The notes below the pieces were generated by a model. It saw only the letters and a program-made list of their open reading frames with translations. It was not told where the DNA came from and ran no database searches. The translations under genes and the position numbers were made by a program. Below are positions 12,294-26,646 of a stretch of DNA of 64,000 nt, piece by piece. Positions within the stretch are counted from its first letter, which is position 1. Each line of letters begins with the position of its first letter. The DNA lies in assembly GCA_951406725.2 (NCBI GenBank), contig OX597830.1, positions 67,208,001-67,272,000 on the forward strand, given 5' to 3'. The stretch is from Octopus vulgaris (lineage: Eukaryota).

Positions 12294-14204
12294 TACTACT
12301 ACTACTATAACTATTATTATTATTATTATCATTATTATCATTATTATTATTTTTATTATTATTAGAGTGATGGTTTGGCAGAAATGAGAGAGAGCCAGAT
12401 ATAACGTTTTTGTGACATTAAGTTTTAAGTTCAAATCTCAGTGAGGCCAGCCTTAATCTTTTATCCTTTCGAAGCTGATAAAATACAAGTCTAATCCTCC
12501 TCATGTTAACACTAAGACCCTCCCTTAAAAACTGCCAGAACTTCTGCCTAAATCCATCATCAACGTTCAACATCCATCTTCCATGCATGCAAGGGTTGGA
12601 CGGTTTATAGGGGCCGGCCAAGTAGAAAACTACCTTAGGCTCCTGTGTTTGTTTTGGCAGGGATTTTACGGCAGGATGCCCTTCCTAACATCAACCACTC
12701 TGCAGGGTGGACTCAGTACTTTTTACATGGTGCTAGCACAAGCGAGGTTAGTTCTGGCATGATTTTTACAGCTGGATGCCCCTCCAAACACCAACCACTT
12801 AACAGTGTAGACTGGAAGCTTTTTACGTGGCCCCCAGCACTGGCAGGGTCACCAAGTAAGTCACAAGACGAGGAATTATGAGAGGGGCAGGGGCACTTGA
12901 GGAGGGGAACTTGTGTCAGAGGATGAAAGATTAGTGCCTAAATTGGAAACCATTATTGATACCGTCACCACTACCACCACCACCACCACCATCTTTTCAA
13001 TTGCTTCATATTATTTTAATACTGTTTAGGTGGAAACACATGGCTTGGTGGTTAGGGTGTTGGACTTATGATCATAAGACTCTGATTTCAATAACTGGAC
13101 TGAATGATGCGTTGTGCTCTTGAGCAAAACACTTCATTTCACTCAGCTGGTAAGAATGAGTAATCCTGTGACAGACTGGCATCCCATCCCGGGGCTAAAT
13201 ATATGTGCCACAGAAACCTAGAAACTGGCACCATGAGTCTATATGACTCAGGAAGGATCTAGATGAATGAAAAAGAGTATCTAACAACTAGCTTAGTAGT
13301 TCTCAGCTGGAGTCCATAAGGCCGCTGAGGGTCCATATAAGATTTTTGGAGGTCCACATAACAAAATTGTAAATTGGGGACCCACAACAGTTTTTCAAGG
13401 GGCCCCAACAAAATTTTGCTTTAGATGTGTGAATTGTTATGTAATGCAAGGAACAGCTAGGTTTCTTTCTCAAGCATTTTACATAGTTCAACTTAAACAA
13501 GTTAATGTGTGAAAAACAAAACAGGAATCTTGAAAGATGTTTCTATAAAACAAGTTTTTAAACATCGAATGCCTATGGGGGTCAACCAGAATAAAATCAA
13601 CAGGGTCCCTAGCTGGAGGGGCAAAACTATTTGATATATATGGCTGCTCTTCATAATTTTTCTGTCTTCAACCTTCATACATTTTTAATGACAACAGCAT
13701 ACCAGCTCAATTCTTCAAATGTACATTTTACTTTTGGTATGACAAGATTATTATTATTATTATTACTATTATTATTTGTCTTTCATTGCTATCAGCATTC
13801 TTACCTATTTCTTTACTACCCACAAGGGGCTAAACACAGAGAGGACAAACAAGGACAGACAAATGGATTAAGTCGATTTTATTGACCCCAGGGCGTAACT
13901 GGTACATATTTAATCGAGCCCAAAAGGATAAAAGGCAAAGTCGACCTCGGCGGAATTTGAACTCAGAACATAAAGACAGACAAAATACCGATAAGCATTT
14001 TGCTCAGCATGCTAATGATTCTGCCAGCTCGCCGCCTTATCAGCATTCTTACCAACACCTACCTGTTCCTACGTCTTCACCCCATCTTACTTTTCATTGC
14101 TCTCAACATCTTTGCTAACCCCTATCCATGCCCTTCTCTGCCACTCTATATCTTGTTAGTGAAAGCACCAATTCATCTGACCTGGGTCTTGCCAGAAACT
14201 TTAA

Positions 14205-14823
14205 CCCTTTAGTGTTTAATCTGGCCATATCCAGCCCAAATATTCTACCTGTTTTATGCTAAAACTGACCACATCCAACCTCTCACACCTTCCTTACAAG
14301 GTAATTTCTAAAAATATACAAATGCACCATTGAAGTCTTGAAGCTATGAGATAATGCATGATTACTTCAAAAGAATGTAAATATAGGTGCAGGAGTGGCT
14401 GTGTGGTAAGTAGCTTGCTTACCAACCGCATGGTCATGGGTTCAGTCCCACTGCGTGGCACCTTGGGCAAGTGTCTTCTACTATAGCCTCGGGCCGACCA
14501 AAGCCTTGTGGGTGGATTTGGTAGACGGAAACTGAAAGAAGCCCATCGTATATGTATATATGTGTATATATGTGTATGTGTGTATATGTTTGTCTCCGCC
14601 AACATCGCTTGACAACCGATGCTGGTGTGTTTACATCCTCGTAACTTAAAGAGATCCGATAGAATAAGTACTAGGCTTACACAGAATAAGCTCCGGGGTC
14701 GATTTGCTCGACTAAAGGCAGTGCTCCAGCATGGCCACAGTCAAATGACTGAAACAAGTAAAAGAGAGCACAAGAGAGTAAAACAAGCATTATATTTGAT
14801 AGAATAATACGAATGCTAAAGGG
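14205..14823. mobile_element. piggyBac-like MITE interrupted by a family A SINE
   Basis: TTAA|CCCTTTAG...CTAAAGGG|TTAA (TTAA target duplication, CCC/GGG termini); related decayed copy at ~60360-60517. Confidence 0.7.
14387..14780 (+). mobile_element. SINE family A nested in the piggyBac-like MITE
   Basis: Same head and tail as 769-1172. Confidence 0.85.
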
Positions 14824-15149
14824 TTAATCGTACAGCATTTCCCCACTCATTGGACAACAACCATAAACATTAACACACTTCCTTCTTCTCTTGCATTTCC
14901 TTATTTCCATTTTTTATGCCCAAATTAATAAACCCATTATTTACTGATGATGCAGAATGTTACTTTCTTAGGATTCTACAGTTTTTCTCTACAATGTGGA
15001 TTTCTCATCATCTACTACAGCTGTTGTTGGATTTGACTACAAACCTGTGCAATTTAGTTCATTGATTTTATTCAGGATTATGGGGAAAGAGGATGTCGAG
15101 TGGGAATAGCATGAAAAGGAGTCATAAAAGAAACCTTTTAATCTTTTAT

Positions 15150-15545
15150 CTTTCACTTGTTTCAGTCATTGGGCAGAGGCCATGCTGGGGCACCACCTTG
15201 AAAAATTTTAGTTGAATGAATCAACCCCAATACATTTTTTCTTATTTTTGTAAAGTCTGGTACTTATTCTATTGTTTTTTTGGGTTGTTTTTGTTTTTTG
15301 TTTTTGCTGATCTGCTAAGTTTATGAGGACGAAAACACACCAACACCAGTTAATAAGCAATGGTGAAATAGAGAAACAGACACAAGCAGATATATATGAC
15401 AGGCTTCTTTCAGTTTCCCTCTACCAAATCCACTCACAAGGCCTTGGTCGGTTCAAGGCTATAGTAGACGACACTTGCCCAAGGTGCCACTTAATGAGAC
15501 TGAACCCGGAACCACACAGTTGGGAAGCAAACTTCTTACCACACC
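15150..15545 (-). mobile_element. Diverged SINE family A copy
   Basis: Reverse complement of the head (GGTTCAGTC) and tail (GACTGAAACAAG). Confidence 0.7.
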
Positions 15546-15799
15546 TATATTGTAAATTTTACTTAATGTTTAGCAGAAGTTTGAAGTGGGAGAACAACTC
15601 AGCCATATTACAAATACAATAAAGCTTGCAATATCTATCATGGAAACAATACCTGGAATCAATAAAGATAAAAGTAGGTCAAGTACTCAATCAGCTATTC
15701 TACTAAACACCTAGGAATTGTTTTTTTTTATCCATAGATCTCAAGTTATACTTAAAACAACACAGCGTTTGAATAGAAGAAGCGACTTCTGAGGTGAAG

Positions 15800-16490
15800 A
15801 TATTTACCAAGAGGCTGGTTTGAAAGGTTAAAGTGACACTTTAATTTGCCTCACATTAAAATGACTAACAAAGCTGCTATGCTAACACAAGTTGCAAGTA
15901 GTTATTCTGAAGAACCAAAGAAAATTATTGCTGAAGAAGACCATACATCAGAATAAATGTGCAAAATTTTATGAAAGTGGGTTTTTCTGGTACTGCATAC
16001 CTACCTACTAAATCTTCTATTTCTAATGAAGAAAAATTAGCACTAAGCTTCAAAGCTTCCAAAAATTTCCTAATACTTCCTGTGTGAGGAAATGCTATTG
16101 GTGATATGAAATTAAAGCCCCTATTCAATAAAGGTTTTTCTGGGACTATACTAAGTTTAATTTACTTGTAATTTGGTCTTCAAATAAGAAGACTTAGATG
16201 ACCAAGAACCTTTTTCATAATGAATTATTAAGGTTTTTAGCCCTGATGTAGAAAGATATAGTATCTGGCATATTATTTTCAACAAAGTGTTGCTTCATTT
16301 TGACATTGTTCTTAGCTACCCAGGGAACTTAAATGGTATTTCTGATAATAAAAGAGTTGAATATGTCTCCAAGAACACAACTTCTTTGCTTCAGCTTGGA
16401 TGTATTGGCTAACTTGAAGGCATATTATCAGAGAACTTTGAATCAATTCATAAAATTTATGAAAATATTAAACCTATAATTGGAGACTTC
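15800..16490 (+). pseudogene. Decayed pogo/Tigger-like DDE transposase
   Basis: Broken translation ISNEEKLALSFKASK...GNAIGDMKLKPL...VIWSSNKKT*MT...KVLLHFD...KNTTSLLQ resembles the Tigger DDE domain; many stops and frameshifts. Confidence 0.65.
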
Positions 16491-16989
16491 TGGAAAGAAA
16501 ACAGATTAAGTCAATTATATCGACCCCAGTGTGTAAGTGGTACTCATTTAATCGACCCCGAAAGGATGAAAGGCAAAGTCGACCTCGGCGGAATTCGAAC
16601 TCAGAACGTAACAGCAGACGAAATACTGCTAAACATTTCGTCCAGCGTGCTAACGATCTTGCCAGCTCACCGCCCTAAACAGAGTGTATCATTAACTTTA
16701 AAGACTTTCAACCAGAATCTACACAAAGGTCAGCAAAACAGCATGACGCTGACAAATGAGTAGAGTTTGAAGAAGTTATAGTAGATGATAAGGGTGAGCT
16801 GCTAGGGTCCCAATGGGACAGTTTCTCTAATTAGGGGCTGGTGTTGATAGGACAAGAGCAAACTGCAGGACTGTTAGAGGATGTAAACACTCCACTTACT
16901 TAATTTCAGTTGACTGTGAAGAATGTAGCTAATATGCAGAGGAGAGTTAGAAAATCTTCACTGATAATGAACCTAATCATGAATGTGAA

Positions 16990-17295
16990 GGTGTATGACT
17001 CAGGGGCTAGACTGTCAGGCTCACGATCATGAAGTACTGAGTTCAATTCCTAGACCAGGAAACTTTACTTCACGTTGCTTCAGTTCACTCAGTTGTAGAA
17101 ATGAGTTGCGATATCATTGGCACCAAGTTGTATCGAACTTTGCCTTTCCCTTGGATAACACCAGTGGAGTAGAGAGGGGAGGCTGGTATGCACGGGCACC
17201 TGTTGGTATTCCATAAATAACGTTGTCTGGACTTGTGCCTTGGAGGGTAACTTTCTAGGTGCAATCTCATATTCGTTCATGACTGAAGGGGGTCT
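16990..17295 (+). mobile_element. tRNA-derived SINE, family C
   Basis: GAGTTCAATTCC head and ...CCTTGGATAACA...CTAGGTGCAATC...CATGACTGAAGGGGG tail; copies at 21715-21905, 27250-27570, 29750-29850, 29858-30185. Confidence 0.7.
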
Positions 17296-18239
17296 TTACC
17301 CTCTACCATGTATGTAGTACAAAGATTACAAGAAAAGCTCATGAAGAGCTCAGTTCATACATTAAGTTGTACAACAGGATGTTGTTCTGTAAGCATCAAA
17401 CAACTATGGATAAGTTCTTATTCCTATCCCCAACCTCACCCTGCAGCAGATGGTGTGTCATCACCTCAAACTATCACACAGCAGTCAGCAGTATTCATAG
17501 CGAATGTATATTATACTATGATATTCACAGTATCATGGTATTGACCAGACTATTAAATGTTGCTATACATCGCTGGTCACTATGCGCTTTGCATTGTTCT
17601 ACCCTTTGAACAATGCTACCCCACTGGCAAGCAGGCCGACATTGCCCTTGATCAAAAGACTATTCCGTTGCAGGGTTAACCATTTATAGCTGAGTGGACT
17701 GGAGCAACCGGAAATTAAGTGTTTTGCTCAAGAATACAACATGCCACTTGGTCTGGGAATCGAACCCACAATCTAGCAATCATGAGTGCAACACCCTAAC
17801 TACTAAGCCACACATCCTCACACTATGATATTGGTTTCGAATTTAGGCACAAGGCCAGTAATTTGGAGGTGGGGGATTAAGTTGATTACATTGACACCCC
17901 AGTGCTCATTTGGTACTTATTTTATCGACCCCGAAAGGATGAAAGGCAAAATTGACCTTGGCAGGGTTAGAACTCAGAATGTAAAGACAGACGAAATACT
18001 GCTAAGCATTTTGCCCAGTGTGCTAACGATTCTGCCACTCACCGCATTCCTTTCTCATTGTTTCATATTTATTTCCTAAAGTATTTCTCTTGCAAAAGCT
18101 TTTACGTCTGTATACGGCACTTGCAGAGAACAAAGAACACTCAACTACATTAATGCTATCGTTAGGGACACACAACAGGAAATCGAGAATCTGCCAAAGC
18201 TTATAGGGGTACAGGGACATCTTATAATAATAATAATAA

Positions 18240-18537
18240 TAATTGTGTACAGTGCTCAGGTGCACTACAACTCATCTAAAGTGTATATATAATCAGGTGT
18301 AGTTTCGGCGGATCTCGGAAAGCATGAGGGCCTTAAAGGATGCAGTGTCATGGCAGTCAACAACTGACGCAGGCAGTTTATTCCATGCTTCAGCAACTCT
18401 GAGCGTGAAAAAATGTTTCCGAAAGTCATGGGAGCTGTGTTGTTTTCTGACTTTGTAGGCATGTCCAAGTGTGTTGGACACATGGAGATCAAAAAGGTGT
18501 TCAGTGTTGTTGTTGGTGAGGTGGTTGATAACTTTGT
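18240..18537 (-). mobile_element. CR1/L2-like LINE 3' fragment
   Basis: Translation TLGHAYKVRKQHSSHDFRKHFFTLRVAEAWNKLPASVV, a typical CR1/L2-group ORF2 C-terminus. Confidence 0.8.
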
Positions 18538-18592
18538 GGGTGTGATTTTTGGTTGTGATTACTCGAAGAAGAAGCATATGTGTGTGTGTGTG

Positions 18593-18631
<39 letters not shown>

Positions 18632-20201
18632 TTGAGTAAAAATTGATGTCTTCTGGTCTAAATGTGACTGAATTACTTTTGTTTTTTTTTCTCAAAAAAT
18701 TCTGTTGGAATGCATTGCAATTGGTAACATGAAAAAACAGAATTCTGCATTATGGCAAGATTTTTGCAGGAGAATTCTGCAATGCAATGAATGCCTGCAC
18801 ATATGCATGTGTGTGTATTTGTGTATATATACACACACACACATATATACATATATATATAAGATAGATATATATATATGCACATACATACATGCACACA
18901 CACACACATATATATATACATATACACATAGACATACACACATGTATACACATACACATAGATACACATACATAAATATGTAAAAACATATACATATGTT
19001 GTGTGTATGAGGTCAGTATTGTACTATCTTTCGCTATCCACTAGCCTCTCCAAGCATCATGCAGTGAACTCTACACCACCTGGATAGGAAATATAATGGC
19101 TGACATAACAATGATACTCACTTAAAACTCCCACATCACTCACCATCCATATGAATTCACCAGGAGGCAAGCAATTCTATAAAGGTATTGTAGAAATATT
19201 GCTAGAAAAAGCAGTAGCAAGAAATTGTCACTGAGTTACGTCCCTTGATTCTGTGTGTTACGTTATAAGGTGGTGGTGGTGGTGGTGGTGGTGGTGGTGG
19301 TGGTGTGTAAGTATGTATTTTTGCGAAGATGGACGTGGTAACTGGTTGTTGTTTAGTCCCACGTCAATCCTAATTCAGAAGATTTATGATCAAGGGCATT
19401 CCAGACATATCTATCTCATCCTTGTCTCAGGTACTGTCTACCCAGGAGTAGACTGTCTGACATGCCTTGCTTCTATTTCGATTTTTTTTTTTACAAGAGA
19501 GTATGGTGTAAATTAAGAGGGATATGGCAGCTATTTCTAGCAGGTCAATTGACCTTGAAGACACTCACTCATTGGCTAACATGGTGGTGGTTTTGGGGCT
19601 GGGACATTTTGTTCAGCAATCAGTGGGCCACCGTGAACAGAATTAAGGTATGCAACCGACAGTATCAAGTCATAACATAGAACTCTACACAAATAAGGAA
19701 GAATTGTGAATCTAAATTTTTTTTTCTTCTAAGTCTGGTGTGTGTGTGGGTGTGGTTAGTTATTCTTGAGAAGAAGTTTCGTTCAAATAGTGAAGGTTTA
19801 TCTAGATATACATATATACAGATATACATAGAGTTTAGTGGAAGGAAATTCTGTAAGAGAGGGATGGAAGTAGAAAGACAAGAGAGAGAGTAGGAGGAGA
19901 GGAAGAGTCTATATACGTGAGTGACATAGAGATGATGGAGATGAGAGCTATGTGGATGATGGCATCTAATGGCTACAATTAGTTGCAGGATATGTCTTTT
20001 AACAAGGAGATAGAGATAGAGAGGAGGGGACAAAGAGAGAAAAGAGGAAGGGTGCAGAGTATGTATGCACAAGTGTGACTGTGTGTGTATGTGTATATGT
20101 AGACTGTGAACATTGTCCGGGAGGAGAAGATTATTACTAGAGTATTGGTATTGGTACAAATGGAAACAAGAGTTCAGTGCAGCTCATTGAGCCCTGATGG
20201 C

Positions 20202-20302
20202 TCAAGATTCAAGGAGTACGTGCCAGCGCTGTACTTCCTCCCCTTTGTTTTCACACATGTCGTTCCAGTGGCTCTGTTCTTCTTCTCCGCTGCTTTTCAT
20301 TC
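20202..20302 (-). CDS. SYT14: Synaptotagmin-14/16-like, last coding exon
   Basis: Acceptor tttcag|GA; encodes (G)MKSSGEEEQSHWNDMCENKGEEVQRWHVLLES*, matching the SYT14/16 C-terminus; phase fits the upstream exon. Confidence 0.92.
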
Positions 20303-20751
20303 CTGAAATCAATGAAGAGATATGAATACAGATTAGCAAAGTGGAATGATTAGATAGTCTTGAATGTATGATCAGTAAATGTTCAGCTCTGACCACTTCT
20401 GTCAATACTTTTTAACTTCTCATCTCTTAGCATAAAGCTACCTTTCTCCTCTCTACTGTAGCCCCTGAAAAAGGCAGTGTAACTCCTCTACAGAAAGAAA
20501 CCCGTTCTGCTCTGACCACTTCTGTCATAATTTTTAACTCCTCATCCCTGAGCATAAAGCCACCCACCTTCTCCTCTACCGTAGCCCCATTCAGACAACA
20601 GAGATCTTAGTCTTGCAAGATTCATGGCAATCTCACTAATGCTGGTGCCATGAAATAGGCACCCAATGTTTTAAAGTGATCTCAGTTAAAACATTCCATT
20701 AAAATTTTAGGTTAATTTATGTTCCAAACACCAGCTTAATAATGACAGTTA

Positions 20752-21148
20752 TCCTTATATATAAAAGTGAGGTTGTGTGCTGTCTGTCTCCTACGATTTA
20801 GATTCCTAACTACTCCCACATTTTGCGGTGCAGTTTAACCAAAACCGGGTATCTTATAGTCGTGACTCATATCGAGCCCTTCTGGGTATTAGCGCACGTT
20901 ATGATGAGTCTACGATTTAAAAAAAAATTACCATCAATTTTTCCCATTTTTAATGCATTTTTGGCATATATAAGGGAAGTAACTCTCTAAAAATGTAAAA
21001 AGTAACTCTCAGAACGTAAAAAGCTACAGTAACACCACCACCCTTGTGGTTAGCCATATTGAGATGGCTATTATACTTTACATCTCTAAAAATGCTTATA
21101 TAGTATTTTTCCCTTACAAACCTGAGCAACGCCGGGCGATACTGCTAG
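20752..21148 (+). mobile_element. Non-autonomous Helitron
   Basis: A|TC start, subterminal hairpin-like CCTGAGCAACGCCGGG, CTAG|T end, AT target and no TSD. Confidence 0.8.
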
Positions 21149-21189
21149 TTTTAACTAAACTCTTCGTTATTTTCAAAATTAATCAAAAC

Positions 21190-21632
21190 AAATGGATACA
21201 TTGAAACTCCGACGTCTGGCAGCTGACTTGGCAGATACCCATAAAATTATTAACCATCTTACCAACAATAACTCTGAGCACCTTTTCAAACTCCACCTGT
21301 CTAACACCCGCGGACGTGTTTACAAAGTCAGAAAACAGCACAGCTCCCATGACTTTCATAAACATTTTTTCACGCTAAGAGTTGCTGAAGCATGGAACAG
21401 AATGCCAGCATCAGTTGTTAGTTGTCGGAGCACTGCATCCTTCAAAACTTCCATGCTTCCTGAGATTCACCAACACTACACCTGATTTTCTCCCCTCCAT
21501 ACACACGCAAGCATGTACCTGACTCATACACTGTTCACTTCCCAGACATTTGTACATTACTGCATATGCTTTATACGCACTTTTTGACAAGTTGTGGTGC
21601 ACCTGAGCGCTGTATACAATAATTTCATTATA
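21190..21632 (+). mobile_element. CR1/L2-like LINE 3' fragment
   Basis: ORF 21192-21485: LKLRRLAADLADTHKII...TRGRVYKVRKQHSSHDFHKHFFTLRVAEAWNRMP. Confidence 0.8.
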
Positions 21633-22377
21633 TTTATATTAAAAGCAGAATATTTCATCAGCAATATGGTAACATAAAGATTATATCTCTTTGTTACAAA
21701 CACAAAGTGTGACCTCCTTCGGTCATGAATGACCATGGAATTGCACCTAGAAAGTTACCCTCCGAGGCACAAGTCTGGGCAAGGTTATTTATGGAAGACC
21801 AGCTGTCGCCCACACTTACCAGCCTCCACTCTCCACGCCACCGATGTTATCCAAGGAAAAGGCAAAGGCTGATACAGCTTGGCACCATTGACGTCGCAGC
21901 TCATTTATTAACATGCAAGTGGCTGAGCACTCCACAGACACGTGTACCCTTAACGTAGTTCTTGAGGAGATTCAGCGTGACACAGAGTGTGACAAGGTTG
22001 GCCTTTTGAAATAAAGGTACAACAGAAACAAGGAAGAAAGAGTGAGAGAAAGTTGTGGTGAAAGAGTACAGCAAGGTTCGCCACCACCCTCTGCCGGAGC
22101 TTTGTGGAGCTTTAGGTGTTTATGCTCAATAAACACTCACAATGCCCGGTCTGGGAATCGAAACCGCGATCCTACGACCGCAAGTCCGCTGCCCTAACCA
22201 CTGGGCCATTGCGCCTCTACACAAACACAATAGGGCCCTAAAAATAGGCAGCAAAATATCAACCTTCCGACCAAAAATCCAAAATCCCAAACTGGGTGAT
22301 TCTCTTCTAAATATTTTGGTCACTAATAGTTAAAAAAATAACATAATCAAATAAGAATTTCTGAAAGAATCCCTTAC

Positions 22378-22590
22378 CTAAAGCAAACCAGCCAATCATT
22401 TCTTTCCGTTTCATACTTCGTTTATTGTAGACAGAGATCATTAGTGTTAATTCTGGCAGTTGAAATAATGCCACTTGGAATACAAATGTTTCTCTAAACA
22501 ATGGATTTGGCTGACCACGTCGTATAGAAGTTTTACTTCGGGCAATTTCTTTACCAGTTGGAGACATCAGAGTTAACTTCACATAGGTAT
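22378..22590 (-). CDS. SYT14: Synaptotagmin-14/16-like exon (C2B domain)
   Basis: tttcag|AT...TTAG|gtaagg; [71 protein letters not shown]; 213 bp, phase 1 to phase 1. Confidence 0.95.
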
Positions 22591-22645
22591 CTGAAAGATA
22601 AAGTTCATGGGGAGGTAACAACAACAACATTAATAATAATAGTAC

Positions 22646-22685
<40 letters not shown>

Positions 22686-24458
22686 CGTTTCTACAATAGG
22701 CACCAGGCCTGAAATTTGAGGTGGCGGGGAACAGTTGATTTCATCAACCCCAGTGTTTCACTGGTACTTAATTTATTGACCCTGAAAGGATTAAAGGCAA
22801 AGTTGACCACAGCAGAATTTGAACTCAGAACATAGTGGCAGATGAAATACCTATTTCTTTACTACCCACAAGGGGCTAAACACAGAGAGGACAAACAAGG
22901 ACAGACAAACGGATTAAGTCGATTACATTGACCCCAGTGCATAACTGGTACTTATTCAATTGACCCCGAAAGGATGAAAGGCAAAGTCGACCTTGGCAGA
23001 ATTTGAACTCAGAATGTAACGGCAGACAAAATACGCTTAAGCATTTTGCCCGGCGTGCAAACGATTCTGCCAGCCTGCCACCTGGAGGAGGAGGAAGAAG
23101 AAGAACTGATTGGGAGTGTTATGTAAATACTTTGTCTTAGTATAAAAGATGGGCTACAGCAAATATTCTGCTCAATACCACAGATTTGCTTGCCAGTTGT
23201 TTGACCATAACCAGTTGAGCATGTCCCTTAGTGGCTGACGATATGTGCATCTCTGATCACGAGCAGAAGTAGTAGAGGAGCATCATAGCCTCGGGTTGAC
23301 AGAGATTCTTTGGAGTTTGAATAATTCACTCCTGGAAACATGGGTATTTCATTCATCATCCTTAAACAACCCTTATTCTGGGACCCTTTGAGTGAGATTC
23401 ACTACTTGACCTGAAGAAAATTCTAACTGGGCCCCACCTGCAAGGTCATGCACTGTTTATCTTGATATGAGATCACCCTGTTGCAGACATACAGATGTGA
23501 TGCATGTGCCTGATGCATCCTTATTAGAGAGATAGTCATGATGAGCATATTGAATTTGTATATTTGTACCCAAGTGTCCCTTTGATGGCATGCACTGCTC
23601 TCTCATTCAATAATAATAATTTGTGTTGTGTCTGGGGAAAGTCATTTTCTTTTTGTGCCTATAATATAACATACTCACCAGTAAAATTTGCAGATTCAAA
23701 TTTTGAGAGTCAAAACTATTGAAAAGGTTGCAAGACGCAACAAAAATTTTAGGAAAATAAAAATAAGAAAAAAAAAGTGGAAATTTTACCGGTGAGTGTG
23801 TTACATTATAAGGTACAAAAAGAAAATGACTCTCCCCAGACACAACAGAATATGCTTCAACACACAAACTCACATAAAGAATCTTGCAAACCAAATCCGA
23901 AAACGAAATAATAATTTCATTCTTTGTCAATTCACATATATAATGATATAACAATGATACAATACAAGTAAAAGATATAAGGCTGCATGTGTAGTCAGAT
24001 CAATTAAGTGGTAGGGAGGAAGTCCTTTGGAAATAAGGCTGCTTGAAAATATTGAATAAAAAATACCATTGAAGAAAACCAGACAGTGTACTAGTGCAGT
24101 GCAGTGTGTATAGACCCAAATACATCAGTTTAGGGTGGAAATGGGTCAGTCAAACATCAATACCATGTGACGTTTAAATCCAACTGAATTATCTCCCTTC
24201 ATGCCACTATCAACTTTGTGCCCACTTAGCATTTCCATATCTTCTGAGAATGGCAAAATAAGCATCAAGCAAAAGCACTAGATGGTAATATAACAGACTA
24301 AAACAAAAAAAGCCCTGAAGGAGGTACTCCAGCATGACCACAGCAAAATCCTCTTCTACACACACACATTATAATTCACACAGTCCCTTACAAATGGCCA
24401 CAACATAGAGGAGAAAGAACCCTTTTAGCTTTGCAGGATATATATACATATATATATA

Positions 24459-24630
24459 GGCACAGGAGTGGCTGTGTGATAAGAAGTTTGCTTCTCAAAC
24501 ACATGGTTCCAGGTTCAGTCCCACTGCGTGGCACCTTGGGTAAGTCTCTTCTACTATAGCCTCAAGCCAACCAAAGCCTTGTGATGGAAACTGAAAGAAG
24601 CCTGTCATATATATATATATACATACACAC

Positions 24631-24679
<49 letters not shown>

Positions 24680-24930
24680 CACACATATTTATATATATGT
24701 ATGTATTTGTATATATATATGTATGTATTTGTGTGTCTGTGTTTGTTCCCCAACCATCGCTTGACAACTGATGTTGATGTGTGTATGTCCTCATAACTTA
24801 GCAGTTCGGCAAAATATACCGATAAAATAAGTACTAGGCTTACAAAGAATAAGTCCTGGGGTCGATTTGTTCAACTAAAGGCAGTGCTCCAGTATGGTCA
24901 CAGTCAAATGACTGAAAAAAGGTAAAAGAA
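24459..24930 (+). mobile_element. SINE family A
   Basis: Same head, body and tail as 769-1172. Confidence 0.8.
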
Positions 24931-25091
24931 TAAAACTATTGAAAAGGTTGCTAGACGCAACAGAAATTTTAGAAAAATAAAATAGAAATAAGTGGAAATT
25001 TTACCGGTGAGTGTATTAAATTTTAAGGCACCAAAACAGAATGACTCTCCCCAGACACAACAGAATATATATAATATATATAATATATATA

Positions 25092-25480
25092 TAAGATTGC
25101 CCTGTTTGGCGAACTCTCCATTGGCCACCGAGTGAGAGGAGTTCCGAGGAAGCGCTACAAAGACTGCCTCAAGAAGTCTCTAACAGCATGTCATATTAAC
25201 CACCAATGCTGGTCAGACCTGGCTGCGGACCGTGATGTCTGGCGCTACACGATCTTTAGCGCAGTCAGTAAGTTTGAGGAACAAAGAAGAGACACACTTA
25301 AAGACAAGAGATGCAGAAGGAAGGCGCAAGCCGCCTCTGATACCACACCGGATGTTACCTTCGTCTGTGGACACTGCTCACAGACCTGCCTTTCCCATAT
25401 TGGACTTGTCAGTCATGAGTGTGCATGCACGCGACGTAGACAGCCTTCCTGATCTTCATTCGCGAAGCCAAGCCATGCCA
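25092..25480 (+). mobile_element. RTE/BovB-like LINE 3' fragment with C-terminal zinc-finger-like motif
   Basis: KIALFGELSIGHRVRGVPRKRYKDCLK...LAADRDVWR...FVCGHCSQTCLSHIGLVSH; short GCCA-repeat tail. Confidence 0.8.
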
Positions 25481-26646
25481 TATATACATATATATATACA
25501 TATATATATTTACATACATATATATATATATATTTATATATACATATATATATATATATATAGACACACACCCACGCACATACAATCATATACACCCAGA
25601 ACCACACTAATAGCTTAGGATTTCTTAGTTTTCTGTGAATCGATTTTGATAAAACTTTTCCCACCTGGTTTGCACATTATGGCAACACCATTGTTATGTC
25701 TTCATTATTCTGTGTATCATCCTTTCTTTTTTTTATTTCAGATTCTTCAGTTTTTGGGTAATGCAGGATAATAGCTTTTGAATGAAAATAGCCCGTCTAG
25801 ACATTTTTTTTTTCAGAAAATGAAGTGTAATGATACATATTAAGCATACATTAAGTATATATTTAACAGAAAACCATCATCATCATTATCATCCTCATCG
25901 TTTAACGTCCGTTTTCCATGCTAGCATGGGTTGGATGGTTCAACCGGGGATCTGGGAAGCCAGAAGGCTGCGCCAGGCTCCAGTCTGATCTGGCAGTGTT
26001 TCTACAGCTGGATGCCCTTCGTAACGCCAACCACTCCGTGAGTGTAGTGGGTGCTTTTCACGTGCCACCAGCACAGGTGCCAAGCGAGGCGGCACTGGCA
26101 TCAGCCACCTTCTGATGGTGCTTTTTACGTGCCACCGTCACAGAAGCCAGTCAAGGCGGCGCTGGCATCGGCCACGTTCGGATGGTGCTTTTCACGTGCC
26201 ACCGGCACAGGGATCACGACTGCAGTTTCCATTGATTTTTGATGTTGGTGTACTTGTGAGAAAACCATAATAATGTTATAACATTTATTGACATAATGAA
26301 CTATTTAGCCACATGAACACCATTTCAACGGATAATTTCAAAATAATAAAACCCTATTAGTCATGGGATCTGTCAATTTCTTAGTAGCAGGTTGGACTGC
26401 ATCTGCTATTCAAGTCTGTTTGTTTACCCCAGTTTAAAAAGAATCAGTGTTGTTGCTAATGTCTTGTAGCATAGCAATTCATCAAACAAAGATTAATAAA
26501 ATTAGTACTAGGCTGAAATAAGTAGTGGGGGCAACATAACAAATTAAAAACCCTCGGAAGCGGTACTCTAGCCTGGCCATAGTCCAAAGGTTGAAATGAG
26601 TAAAAAAAAAAATTAACAAACAAAAGAATAAAATACAAAAACATAC

